64,000 bases of DNA from an uncultured Prevotella sp. (GCA_963621245.1 CAVFCW010000004.1:54286-118285); one strand, 5' to 3'; positions 16,897-25,801 are shown, counted from the first letter of the stretch. Numbers and translations are program-made. The notes: a model not told the origin generated them from the letters alone.

Positions 16897-18987
16897 ATGT
16901 ACGAAAAAACACCAAAAAAAATAAAATACACCCTCACACCGAGGTTTCCGAAATTGATTCACGGAGCGGACTATAACCCCGAGCAGTGGTTAAGTTACCC
17001 CGAAATACTGAAAAAAGATGTGGAGCTTATGAAGAAGGCACACATGAACTCGGTTTCCGTCGGCATTTTCTCGTGGGCACAGCTTGAGCCCGAGGAGGGA
17101 GTTTACGATTTCGATTGGCTCGAGAAAATAATAAACAATCTTTACGAAAACGGAATTTATACCGTTCTCGCAACTCCGTCGGGCGCAAAACCGCTTTGGA
17201 TGAGCGAAAAGTACGAGGAAATAAGAAGAGTTTCCCGTGACGGCAGACGCGAGAAAAGCGGCGAGAGGGAAAACCATTGTTACACCTCGCCTTATTACCG
17301 CATGAAGGTAAAGCAAATCGACACAAAACTTGCAGAGCGTTTTGCGTCTCACCCGGGAGTTATTCTCTGGCATATCTCCAATGAATTTTGCGGCGACTGC
17401 TACTGCGATAAATGCATAGGCGCATTCAGAAACTGGCTCAAGGAGAAATACAAAACGCTTGAAGACCTGAACGAAGCTTGGTGGACGGGATTTTGGTCGC
17501 ACCGCTATCAGTCGTGGGATCAGATAAATCCGCCTTTTGATAACGGCGAAAACTCCGTTCACGGCCTCACTATCGACTGGAGAAGATTCATCACGCATCA
17601 GACCGTTGATTTTATGAACGAAGAGATTGCCGCCGTCAAAGCGGTTAATCCCGACATTCCGTGCACGGCTAACCTTATGAGCTTTTATGACGGACTCAAC
17701 TACAATAAATTTGACGTTCTCGATGTTGTCTCTTGGGACAGCTATCCGATGTGGCATCACGGAGATAACGTTGCGATTGCCGCAAGAAGCGCCGCTTGCC
17801 ACGATGTTATGAGAAGTGTAAAGCACGAGAATTTTCTACTTATGGAGAACACGCCGAGTGCAGTTAACTGGGCGCCTGTTTCCAAGCTTAAAAGACCGGG
17901 AATGCTTATGGCAAGCTCTTTGCAGGCTCTTGCTCACGGCTCGCAGTCGGTGCAGTATTTCCAGTTCAGAAAATCGCGCGGCTCCACGGAGAAATTCCAC
18001 GGCGCTGTGGTAGACCATGTTGGCACCGACAACACGAGAGTTTTCAAAGAGGTTACCGAGGTCGGCAAAACGCTTGAAACTTTAAACGACAAACTTTACA
18101 ACACAAGCGTAAAATCCGAGGTTGCGGTGGTGTACGACTGGGAAAACCGCTGGGCGGTTGAGGACGCATGCGGCCCGAGAAAGGGTTCCGGCGCAACCGT
18201 ATGGGACGCAAAGACCGACGGAATTCACTATGTTGAAACAGTTTTTTCTCACCACAAAGCATTTTGGCGCAAGGGAATAAACGTTGATTTTGTGGATATG
18301 GAAGACGATATAAGCGGTTATAAACTTCTTGTTTGCCCCATGCTCTATATGATAAGAAACGGCTTTGACAAGAAAATAAGAAGCTTTGTCGAGGGCGGCG
18401 GAACGGTTGTTATGACAGTAAATTCTGCCATCGTAAACGAAACAGATCTTTGTTTCTTGGGCGGCTGGCCCGGCAACCTTATGGATGTTTTCGGCATATG
18501 GAACGAGAGCATAGACGGCCTTTGGGACGAGGACAAAAACAGCATAGAGATGACGGATAAATTGGGATTTGCTGGTTCGTTTGAAGTAAAGGAGCTTTGC
18601 GGAATTATCCATGCAAACTCGGCAGAGGTTCTGGGCGTTTACGGCAGCGATTTCTACAAGGGCGAGCCGGTGCTCACCAAGAATAAATTCGGCAAAGGAA
18701 ACGCTTACTATCTTGCGGCTCAGGCGGGGGACGATTTCCTTCTTGAGTTTTACGAGAAGCTCATTGACGAGTGCGAAATAGAGAGAAATATCGATGCCGA
18801 ACTGCCTTATGGCGTCACCGCACACTCGAGAGAGGACGAAAGCGGAGAGAAAATTATTTTCCTCGAAAATTACTCCGATGAGGAGAAAGATATAATTCTC
18901 AAAAGAAATTATAAAGATCTGAACGGTGCACAAACGGCAAAATCAATCAAACTTTCGCCTAGAGAAGTGATAGTATTAACAGATTAA
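16897..18987 (+). CDS. beta-galactosidase, glycoside hydrolase family 42
   Basis: 696 aa. It has GADYNPEQW, FSWAQLEPEEGVYDF, ISNEF (acid/base Glu), CYCDKC (the zinc site typical of GH42) and LMENTPS (nucleophile Glu). Confidence 0.9.
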   Translation: MYEKTPKKIKYTLTPRFPKLIHGADYNPEQWLSYPEILKKDVELMKKAHMNSVSVGIFSWAQLEPEEGVYDFDWLEKIINNLYENGIYTVLATPSGAKPLWMSEKYEEIRRVSRDGRREKSGERENHCYTSPYYRMKVKQIDTKLAERFASHPGVILWHISNEFCGDCYCDKCIGAFRNWLKEKYKTLEDLNEAWWTGFWSHRYQSWDQINPPFDNGENSVHGLTIDWRRFITHQTVDFMNEEIAAVKAVNPDIPCTANLMSFYDGLNYNKFDVLDVVSWDSYPMWHHGDNVAIAARSAACHDVMRSVKHENFLLMENTPSAVNWAPVSKLKRPGMLMASSLQALAHGSQSVQYFQFRKSRGSTEKFHGAVVDHVGTDNTRVFKEVTEVGKTLETLNDKLYNTSVKSEVAVVYDWENRWAVEDACGPRKGSGATVWDAKTDGIHYVETVFSHHKAFWRKGINVDFVDMEDDISGYKLLVCPMLYMIRNGFDKKIRSFVEGGGTVVMTVNSAIVNETDLCFLGGWPGNLMDVFGIWNESIDGLWDEDKNSIEMTDKLGFAGSFEVKELCGIIHANSAEVLGVYGSDFYKGEPVLTKNKFGKGNAYYLAAQAGDDFLLEFYEKLIDECEIERNIDAELPYGVTAHSREDESGEKIIFLENYSDEEKDIILKRNYKDLNGAQTAKSIKLSPREVIVLTD

Positions 18988-19098
18988 CCAAAATTTATAA
19001 AAAAGACCGAATTGGTGGTAAAAGTAAATTTTTTGTGATAAAATCTTTACTGTAAATTAATATTTGACTTTTCATAGAATAGCTGAAAGGAATTTTTT

Positions 19099-20247
19099 AT
19101 GGAAACAAGCGAGAAGAAATATTTTGACCCTGCCAGCAGTGTAGCGCCTATCGGAATTGTTGCCCTTGAGGGAGCAAGCGAATTTGCCAAGAAGGTTGAA
19201 GACCACCTTTTGAGATGGGCAAACGAGGCAGGTCATAAGTGCGAGACCTTTATGATCAGCAATGATTGCCCTAGATTCCAGTCCGGTGACAGTAAGGGTA
19301 TGATAAACCAGACCGTAAGAGGCCTCGATCTTTATTTCATCGTTGATGTGGGAAACTACAGCATCACTTATGATTACTTCGGACAGAAAAACCACATGTC
19401 CCCCGACGATCACTATCAGGATCTTAAGAGACTCATTCAGGCAGCTTCAGGCAAGGCTCACAGAGTAAACGTCATTATGCCACTTCTCTACGGCGGAAGA
19501 CAGCACAGACGTTCCTACCGTGAATCTCTCGACTGCGCATTTGCACTTCAGGAGCTTCAGGCAATGGGCGTGGATAACGTCGTTACATTTGACGCACACG
19601 ACCCGAGAGTTGTCAACGCTGTTCCGATTATGGGCTTTGATAACCTCATGCCTACTTACCAGGTTCTCAAGGAGATGTTCAAAGATCTTCCGAACCAGCA
19701 GTTTGACAAAGAGCATTTCATGGTTATTTCTCCTGACGAGGGTGCGCTCAACAGAAACATGTACTACGCTTCAACTCTCGGTTGTGACCTCGGAATGTAC
19801 TATAAGCGCCGTGACTACTCAACAGTCATCAACGGCAGAAACCCGATTGTCGCTCACGAGTATCTCGGTGAGAGCATGAAAGGCAAGACTGTTTTCGTTT
19901 CCGACGATATCATCGCTTCCGGCGAGAGCATGCTCGATGTCGCTTACAAGGCAAAGGCAGCAGGTGCTTCAAAATTCCTTTGCTATGCAACATACACCAT
20001 TTTCACAGCAGGTCTTGAGAAGTTCGACGAGGCTTACAAGAACGGAGTTATCGACGGTATCTTCGGTTCCAACCTCACATACCTCATGCCCGAGCTTAAG
20101 GAAAGAGAGTGGTTCCACGAGGTAGATTGCTCCAAGTACACAGCTTACTATATTTCTGCACTCAACCACGATGTTTCCATCGCAACTTTGGTTGACAGCC
20201 ACAAGAAAATCAATGCTCTTATTTCAAGCAGAAACATGAAGAAATAA
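19099..20247 (+). CDS. prs: ribose-phosphate diphosphokinase (long 382-aa form)
   Basis: Two PRTase-type halves, with FDAHDPRV and VFVSDDIIASGESML (PRPP loop). It is longer than the ~315-aa classical Prs. Confidence 0.7.
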   Translation: METSEKKYFDPASSVAPIGIVALEGASEFAKKVEDHLLRWANEAGHKCETFMISNDCPRFQSGDSKGMINQTVRGLDLYFIVDVGNYSITYDYFGQKNHMSPDDHYQDLKRLIQAASGKAHRVNVIMPLLYGGRQHRRSYRESLDCAFALQELQAMGVDNVVTFDAHDPRVVNAVPIMGFDNLMPTYQVLKEMFKDLPNQQFDKEHFMVISPDEGALNRNMYYASTLGCDLGMYYKRRDYSTVINGRNPIVAHEYLGESMKGKTVFVSDDIIASGESMLDVAYKAKAAGASKFLCYATYTIFTAGLEKFDEAYKNGVIDGIFGSNLTYLMPELKEREWFHEVDCSKYTAYYISALNHDVSIATLVDSHKKINALISSRNMKK

Positions 20248-20290
20248 ATTTTGGTTTCTCTGAGCATCGAAAGCAAAATTATCGATTTTA

Positions 20291-20325
20291 AACGGCGTTT
20301 CCGAGCGGAAGCGCCGTTTTTGCGC
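20291..20325 (+). terminator. intrinsic terminator after prs
   Basis: Stem AACGGCGTTTCCG / CGGAAGCGCCGTT with one G-T pair, followed by TTTTGCGCTTTTT. Confidence 0.75.
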
Positions 20326-20602
20326 TTTTTCGGCGTTAGACGATTGACAAAGAAATTAAGCGATAATATAATCAAAGCAAACGGGTCACGAAGGCTCAAA
20401 ACGAAAAGAAAAATAAAGATAAATAGGTACTATGAAGGTACACGGCTCATGCGAATTTGAGTAGACCGAAAATCGCTTATGACAAATTTGTGAGTATGCT
20501 GCGGTATGTTTTGCGGCTTGCAAAGAAACAAATGTCATAGGTTTTGTTTGGTTTATGCTTACTTGTGAGGCGTGTATTTTTTGATTTTAAGGAGGAAATT
20601 TT

Positions 20603-21523
20603 ATGGCAAACACGGGTAAAAAAGTGAAAACTCTCTATATCGATTGCTCCATGGGTGCGGCGGGAGATATGCTTACGGCGGCACTTCTCGAGCTTTTGTC
20701 CGAAGAAGAACAAAATGAGTTCATCGAGAAAATGAACAAGCTCGGAATTCCCGGAGTTGAGGTTCAAAAAACGACAGTTGCAAAATGCGGAATAAACGGA
20801 ACTCACGTAAAGGTGCTTGTTAACGGTGAAGAAGAGGGCGAGATTATGCATCATCATGAGCATGACCACAGTCATAACCACGGTGAGCACACCCACGAAC
20901 ATCATCACCACGACGAGGCTTGTGAGGGAGAACACCACGAGCATCATAAACATCATGAACACGAGCACAGCCACGAACATTCTCACGATCACGCACATTC
21001 CCACAGCCACCACGGCATGGCAGATATAGAGCATGTTGTCAGAGATCACCTCGATATTCCCGAGAATGTAAAGGACGATGTTATGGCAGTTTACGGCTTG
21101 ATTGCAAGCGCCGAGAGCGTTGCCCACGGCAAGCCGATAGATCAAATTCATTTTCACGAGGTCGGCACAATGGACGCCGTAGCCGATGTCACGGCGGTTT
21201 GCCTTCTGATCGATATGATTAAACCCGAAAAAATAGTCGCTTCGCCCGTTCATGTCGGTTCCGGCACGGTGCGTTGCGCCCACGGAACGCTTCCCGTTCC
21301 CGCTCCCGCTACAGCTTATATTCTGAGAGGAGTGCCGATTTACGGCGGAAAAATCAAGTCCGAGCTTTGCACTCCCACGGGTGCGGCACTTTTAAAGCAC
21401 TTTGCTTCGTCTTTCGGCGATATGCCCGTCATCAAGGTGGAAAAAATCGGTTACGGCATGGGATATAAGGATTTCGAGCAGGCTAACTGCGTGAGAATTT
21501 TCCTCGGTGAAACAGATGAATAA
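20603..21523 (+). CDS. larC: nickel-pincer cofactor biosynthesis protein LarC, N-terminal part (DUF111), with His-rich insert
   Basis: LYIDCSMGAAGDMLTAALLEL, HFHEVGTMDAVADV, CAHGTLPVPAPAT and TPTGAALL are LarC/TIGR00299 motifs. The ORF stops where homologs continue. Confidence 0.85.
   Translation: MANTGKKVKTLYIDCSMGAAGDMLTAALLELLSEEEQNEFIEKMNKLGIPGVEVQKTTVAKCGINGTHVKVLVNGEEEGEIMHHHEHDHSHNHGEHTHEHHHHDEACEGEHHEHHKHHEHEHSHEHSHDHAHSHSHHGMADIEHVVRDHLDIPENVKDDVMAVYGLIASAESVAHGKPIDQIHFHEVGTMDAVADVTAVCLLIDMIKPEKIVASPVHVGSGTVRCAHGTLPVPAPATAYILRGVPIYGGKIKSELCTPTGAALLKHFASSFGDMPVIKVEKIGYGMGYKDFEQANCVRIFLGETDE
20846..21016 (+). other. His-rich low-complexity insert (~55 aa) within LarC
   Basis: The insert reads MHHHEHDHSHNHGEHTHEHHHHDEACEGEHHEHHKHHEHEHSHEHSHDHAHSHSHHG, which looks like a metal-binding segment. 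Confidence 0.85.
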
Positions 21524-21965
21524 GAGTGATTTTATCGCAGATACCGTGACGGAGCTTAGGCTAAATGTCGACGATATGACAGCCGAAGAATTGGGCTTTG
21601 CCATGGAGAAAATCTATGAGGCGGGTGCGGTCGAGTGCTTTTTCACTCCCGTCACCATGAAAAAATGCCGCCCGGGCACGCTTGTCACGATACTCGTCAA
21701 AGAGAACAAAAAAGAAGACGTGATTTTGGCGGCGTTCAAACACACAAACACAATCGGTGTTCGTGAAAGCGAATGCAAAAGATACACGCTTTCGAGGCGT
21801 TTCGAGACGGTGGAGACAAAGTTTGGCGGCGTGAGGAAAAAGATAAGCGAAGGCTTGGGCGTCAAACGGGAAAAGTATGAGTTTGACGATCTCGCAAAAA
21901 TAGCGAACGAAAACGGAATTTCTCTTAGGGAGGCAAGAGCACTCGCGGAGAAAGCAGACAAATAA
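21507..21965 (+). CDS. larC: LarC C-terminal domain encoded as a separate overlapping ORF
   Basis: ..VTELRLNVDDMTAEELGFAMEKIYEAGAVECFFTPVTMKKCRPGTLVTILV..IGVRE matches the LarC C-terminal domain. This frame is +1 relative to the upstream ORF. GTG 21507 or ATG 21516 could serve as the start. Confidence 0.8.
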   Translation: MKQMNKSDFIADTVTELRLNVDDMTAEELGFAMEKIYEAGAVECFFTPVTMKKCRPGTLVTILVKENKKEDVILAAFKHTNTIGVRESECKRYTLSRRFETVETKFGGVRKKISEGLGVKREKYEFDDLAKIANENGISLREARALAEKADK

Positions 21966-21971
21966 AAACGG

Positions 21972-22006
21972 GGCGTGCACGGATTATTCCGATGCACGCC
22001 TTTCTT
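21972..22006 (+). terminator. probable terminator after larC
   Basis: Stem GGCGTGCA / TGCACGCC with a 13-nt loop, followed by TTTCTT. The U-tract is weak. Confidence 0.45.
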
Positions 22007-22024
22007 ATGCCAAACAAAAAAAGC

Positions 22025-22053
22025 TTGCTATTTTTACCGTTAATTGATAAAAT
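22025..22053 (+). promoter_or_regulatory. putative pnp promoter (TTGCTA-17-TGaTAAAAT)
   Basis: TTGCTA at 22025-22030, a 17-nt spacer ending in TGA, and TAAAAT at 22048-22053. A ~150-nt leader follows. Confidence 0.55.
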
Positions 22054-22206
22054 AAATCAGTTAGCAGAGTAACCGACAGCCGAGCTTACTGTTTAGCAGT
22101 GAAACGAGTTCTTTCCACTGAGAGAATTGGTTTAATTGTTAAACAGCGGTTGGGTAGGAAATTTGTCGGTTATCGAAAAATTTATTTAATGAAAGGAATA
22201 ACCGTA

Positions 22207-24411
22207 ATGTTCGAAAATTTCAGAAAATTCGAGACAGTTTTCGCAGGCAGACCGCTCGTTGTCGAGACAGGTAAAATGGCTCAGCTCGCAAACGGCGAGT
22301 GCCTTGTCAGATACGGCGAAACAACAGTTCATGTTGCAGCAACAGCTGCTCCGAAGCCGAGAGAGGGCGTCGATTTCTTCCCGCTTTCCGTTGACTTCGA
22401 GGAGAAGCTCTATTCTGTAGGAAAAATCCCCGGTTCTTACACAAAGAGAGAGGGAAGACCTTCCGATAAGTCCATTCTCGTTTGCAGAATGATCGACAGA
22501 CCCATCAGACCGCTTTTCCCCAAGGATATGAGAAACGATGTTTCCATCGTTGCAACAGTTATGTCCGTTGACCATGACTGCTCACCTGAGATTGCAGCAA
22601 TGGTCGGCACAAGTATCGCTCTTTCAATCTCCGATATTCCGTGGAACGGCCCGATTTCAGGCGTTTCCGTCGGCAGAGTTAACGGCGAGTTCGTTATCAA
22701 CCCGACTCAGGAGCAGAGAAAAGTGAGCGAGATGGCTGTCACAGTTGCTTCCACAGATAAGAAGATCGCTATGATCGAGGCAGGCGCAAACGAGATTAGC
22801 GACGAGGATATGCTCGCCGGCATCATGTTCGGCCACGCCGAGAACCAGAAGATCATCGAGTTCATCAAGGGCATTCAGGCAGAGATCGGCAAGGCTAAGT
22901 TTGAGTATCCGTCAAACGAGCCCGATCACGATATGTTCGAGGCTATCAAGGAGTTCTCAATCGAGGACATCAAGCTTGCTCTCGATACAGACGACAAGCT
23001 TGTCCGTGATGAAAGACTCAAGCCGATTTACGAGAAGGTTCACGAGAAGTTCGACGAAATCTATCCCGATCAGGAAGCTAAGATTGAGGAGTGCCTCTAC
23101 AAGACTCAGAAGTTTGTCGTAAGAAGATGGCTTCTTGACGACAAGAAGAGAGTTGACGGCAGAGGAATGGACGACATCAGACCGCTTAACGCAGAGGTTG
23201 ACCTTCTTCCGAGAGTTCACGGTTCCGGTATGTTCACAAGAGGTCAGACTCAGGTTCTCACCGTCTGCACACTCGGTTCTCTCAGAGACAATCAGCTCTT
23301 CGACGGCATCGACGACGAGGAGTCCAAGAGATATATTCATCACTACAACTTCCCGAGCTACTCCGTAGGCGAGACAAAGCCTTCAAGAGGCCCGGGCAGA
23401 AGAGAAATCGGCCACGGCGCACTCGCAGAGAGAGCACTTGTACCGGTTATCCCGTCTGTTGAGGAGTTCCCCTACACAATCAGACTCGTTTCCGAGGTTC
23501 TTTCTTCAAACGGTTCAACATCTCAGGGTTCTATCTGCGGTTCCACACTTGCTCTTATGGCAGCAGGTGTTCCGATTAAGGCTCCCGTTGCAGGTATTTC
23601 CTGCGGACTTATCACCGAGGGCGACAAGTGGGATACCATGGTTGATATTCAGGGCCTCGAGGACTTCTTCGGCGATATGGACTTCAAGGTAGCAGGTACT
23701 CACAAGGGTATCACAGCTATTCAGATGGACCTTAAGATTGACGGCCTCACACCCGAGATAATCAAGCAGGCATTTGAGAAGACTCACAAGGCAAGAGACT
23801 ACATCCTCGATGAGGTTATGCTCAAGGCTATTCCCGAGGTCAGACCCGAGCTTTCCGAGTACGCTCCGAAGATGCTTTCTACAACTGTTCCTGTCGACAA
23901 GATCCGTGAGGTTATCGGCACAGGCGGAAAGGTTATCCAGAAGATTACAGCTGAGTGCGGCGTCGAGATTAACATCGACGACGACGGAAACTGCTTCGTA
24001 AACGGTCAGAATCTCGATAACTGCAAGAGAGCTATCGATATCATCAACACAATCGCTCACGATCCGGAGCCGGGCACATACTTTGCCGGCAAGGTAACAA
24101 GAATCATGGACTTCGGCGCATTCGTTGAGATTGCTCCCGGCAAGGAAGGCCTTGTTCACATCTCAAGACTTGACGTCAAGAGAACAGAGAACGTCCGTGA
24201 CGTTGTAAACGAGGGCGATGTCATCAAGGTTAAGGTTCTTGAGATAGACGATAAGGGCAGACTCAACCTCTCAAGAAGAGACGCACTTATTGACCTCGAG
24301 GGCGCTGTTCCCGAGAACACAATCTCCGATTCTCCGAGAAGAGAGAGATCCGAAAGATCCGACAGACCGAGAAGAGACAGAGATAACTACAGAAGAGACA
24401 GAAGAAACTGA
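22207..24411 (+). CDS. pnp: polyribonucleotide nucleotidyltransferase (PNPase)
   Basis: MFENFRKFETVFAGRPLVVETGKMA.., two RNase PH domains, a KH domain (IREVIGTGGKVIQKI) and an S1 domain (GKVTRIMDFGAFVEI). The start is placed at 22207 after AAAGGA. Confidence 0.95.
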   Translation: MFENFRKFETVFAGRPLVVETGKMAQLANGECLVRYGETTVHVAATAAPKPREGVDFFPLSVDFEEKLYSVGKIPGSYTKREGRPSDKSILVCRMIDRPIRPLFPKDMRNDVSIVATVMSVDHDCSPEIAAMVGTSIALSISDIPWNGPISGVSVGRVNGEFVINPTQEQRKVSEMAVTVASTDKKIAMIEAGANEISDEDMLAGIMFGHAENQKIIEFIKGIQAEIGKAKFEYPSNEPDHDMFEAIKEFSIEDIKLALDTDDKLVRDERLKPIYEKVHEKFDEIYPDQEAKIEECLYKTQKFVVRRWLLDDKKRVDGRGMDDIRPLNAEVDLLPRVHGSGMFTRGQTQVLTVCTLGSLRDNQLFDGIDDEESKRYIHHYNFPSYSVGETKPSRGPGRREIGHGALAERALVPVIPSVEEFPYTIRLVSEVLSSNGSTSQGSICGSTLALMAAGVPIKAPVAGISCGLITEGDKWDTMVDIQGLEDFFGDMDFKVAGTHKGITAIQMDLKIDGLTPEIIKQAFEKTHKARDYILDEVMLKAIPEVRPELSEYAPKMLSTTVPVDKIREVIGTGGKVIQKITAECGVEINIDDDGNCFVNGQNLDNCKRAIDIINTIAHDPEPGTYFAGKVTRIMDFGAFVEIAPGKEGLVHISRLDVKRTENVRDVVNEGDVIKVKVLEIDDKGRLNLSRRDALIDLEGAVPENTISDSPRRERSERSDRPRRDRDNYRRDRRN

Positions 24412-24440
24412 TTTAATTTTTAGTTCAATCTTCAAAATAT

Positions 24441-24475
24441 ACGGGGCGGGCAAAAGTCCGCTCCGTTTTTGTTTG
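24441..24475 (+). terminator. intrinsic terminator after pnp
   Basis: Stem ACGGGGCGG / CCGCTCCGT, followed by TTTTGTTTG. Confidence 0.7.
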
Positions 24476-24484
24476 TAAAAAAGC

Positions 24485-24513
24485 TTTACAAAAGCTATCT
24501 CGTGTGATAAAAT
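24485..24513 (+). promoter_or_regulatory. putative rpsO promoter (TTTACA-17-TGaTAAAAT)
   Basis: TTTACA at 24485-24490, a 17-nt spacer ending in TGA, and TAAAAT at 24508-24513. The ~100-nt leader contains the hairpin CCCTAA..TTAGGG at 24561-24580. Confidence 0.55.
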
Positions 24514-24617
24514 ACTAAAGCTACCCAAGTCTCGGTATCGGGAAACACCAACCCTAAACTGTGACTTAGGGCAAATATTATAAACAGCAGAATAATCTGC
24601 GGAAAAGGTGGCAAATT

Positions 24618-24881
24618 ATGCTTAAAGAAGAAAAGCTCGCTATTATCGAGAAATACGCTATTCATGAGGGTGACACAGGTTCACCTGAGGTTCAGATCGC
24701 TCTTCTCACAAAGAGAATCAACGACCTCACAGATCACCTCCGTGTTCACAAGAAGGATCATCACTCTCGCCGTGGCCTCTTAAAGATGGTCGGTCAGAGA
24801 CGTTCTCTCCTTAAGTACCTCACAAAGGTAGACATCGAGAGATACAGAAAGATTGTTGCTGAGCTTGGTCTCCGTAAGTAA
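24618..24881 (+). CDS. rpsO: 30S ribosomal protein S15
   Basis: 87 aa. ..[49 protein letters not shown] is canonical S15. Confidence 0.97.
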   Translation: MLKEEKLAIIEKYAIHEGDTGSPEVQIALLTKRINDLTDHLRVHKKDHHSRRGLLKMVGQRRSLLKYLTKVDIERYRKIVAELGLRK

Positions 24882-24909
24882 TCTTAAAAGCGTAAATTTT
24901 CGCATATTT

Positions 24910-24940
24910 GGTCTCGGCTTACGCCGAGGCCTTTTTCTTT
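24910..24940 (+). terminator. intrinsic terminator after rpsO
   Basis: Stem GGTCTCGGC / GCCGAGGCC with loop TTAC, followed by TTTTTCTTT. Confidence 0.8.
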
Positions 24941-25021
24941 CTCTCAAAAGAGCAAGTTTTGTAAACCGGCGGCAAAAATTATAAAAAACTCATTTGTTTT
25001 TGACTTAATGAGACATTAGTC

Positions 25022-25050
25022 TTGAATTAATTTTACAATTCTTGTACAAT
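25022..25050 (+). promoter_or_regulatory. putative promoter of the TetR gene (TTGAAT-17-TACAAT), preceded by an imperfect palindrome
   Basis: TTGAAT at 25022-25027 and TACAAT at 25045-25050. The palindrome GACTTAATG-AGA-CATTAGTC at 25002-25021 abuts the -35 and is a candidate TetR operator. Confidence 0.4.
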
Positions 25051-25090
25051 AAGTTTTGCAGATTTCACATAAGAAAAAGGATGAAAATTT

Positions 25091-25711
25091 ATGGGATACA
25101 CCAATCTTACGCCTGCCGAAATACCGATAAAGGTGTGCGAGGCGGCAAGGGAGTCCTTCAAGGAGAAGGGCATAGTCGGCACTCAGATGAAAGAGCTTGC
25201 CGAAAAAATAGGAATAGGAAGAGCGACGCTTTACAGATATTTTCCGAGCATAGAGCCGATTGCCTTCAAGGTTGCCACAAGCTACATGAAAGATATTTAC
25301 GAGGCTGAGGCTGAGTTTGTAAGAGAACACGAAAACGACTTCGAAAACGGATTCGAGCTTCTTTATAACGCAAAAAAGCACTACGCCCAATACTGGATGG
25401 AGAATGTCGACCGTGAAAAATTTTTCGCCCAGTTTGATTCCATTTATCCGCCGCCGTACCCCGAGTCGCCCGAAACTCAGGAGTACCAAAGGGAGATAGA
25501 AAGACAGCAGGCACTCGATAACAGCCTTCTCGAGAGAGGAATAAAGGACGGCTCGATAAAAACCGATCCGAATCCGTATCATGTTTTCAGAGTTTTCAAC
25601 GAGACGCTTATCGGCTATATTCAGCGTGGCACACGCCTTAACCGTTACCGCTCCGGTTTTGACAACTGCAATTTGCTTATCGATGTCTTTTTGAACACGC
25701 TAAAAGCCTAA
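25091..25711 (+). CDS. TetR/AcrR-family transcriptional regulator
   Basis: N-terminal helix-turn-helix (F.EKGIVGTQMKELAEKIGIGRATLYRYFPS). 206 aa. Confidence 0.85.
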   Translation: MGYTNLTPAEIPIKVCEAARESFKEKGIVGTQMKELAEKIGIGRATLYRYFPSIEPIAFKVATSYMKDIYEAEAEFVREHENDFENGFELLYNAKKHYAQYWMENVDREKFFAQFDSIYPPPYPESPETQEYQREIERQQALDNSLLERGIKDGSIKTDPNPYHVFRVFNETLIGYIQRGTRLNRYRSGFDNCNLLIDVFLNTLKA

Positions 25712-25801
25712 AATTCAAAAGTCAAAATTAACGGCGGCTTAACAAAACCATGCCGTGAATGATATATCATAGTAATATCTTTCGGATAAGGAGATTTTTT
25801 A

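Noticed and set aside
20477-21283. 268-aa ORF on the - strand, antisense to larC.
   Set aside because: It is the reverse complement of the His-codon-rich insert (CAT/CAC read as ATG/GTG), giving an M/V-rich pseudo-protein. It has no SD, and LarC motifs on the + strand are clear.
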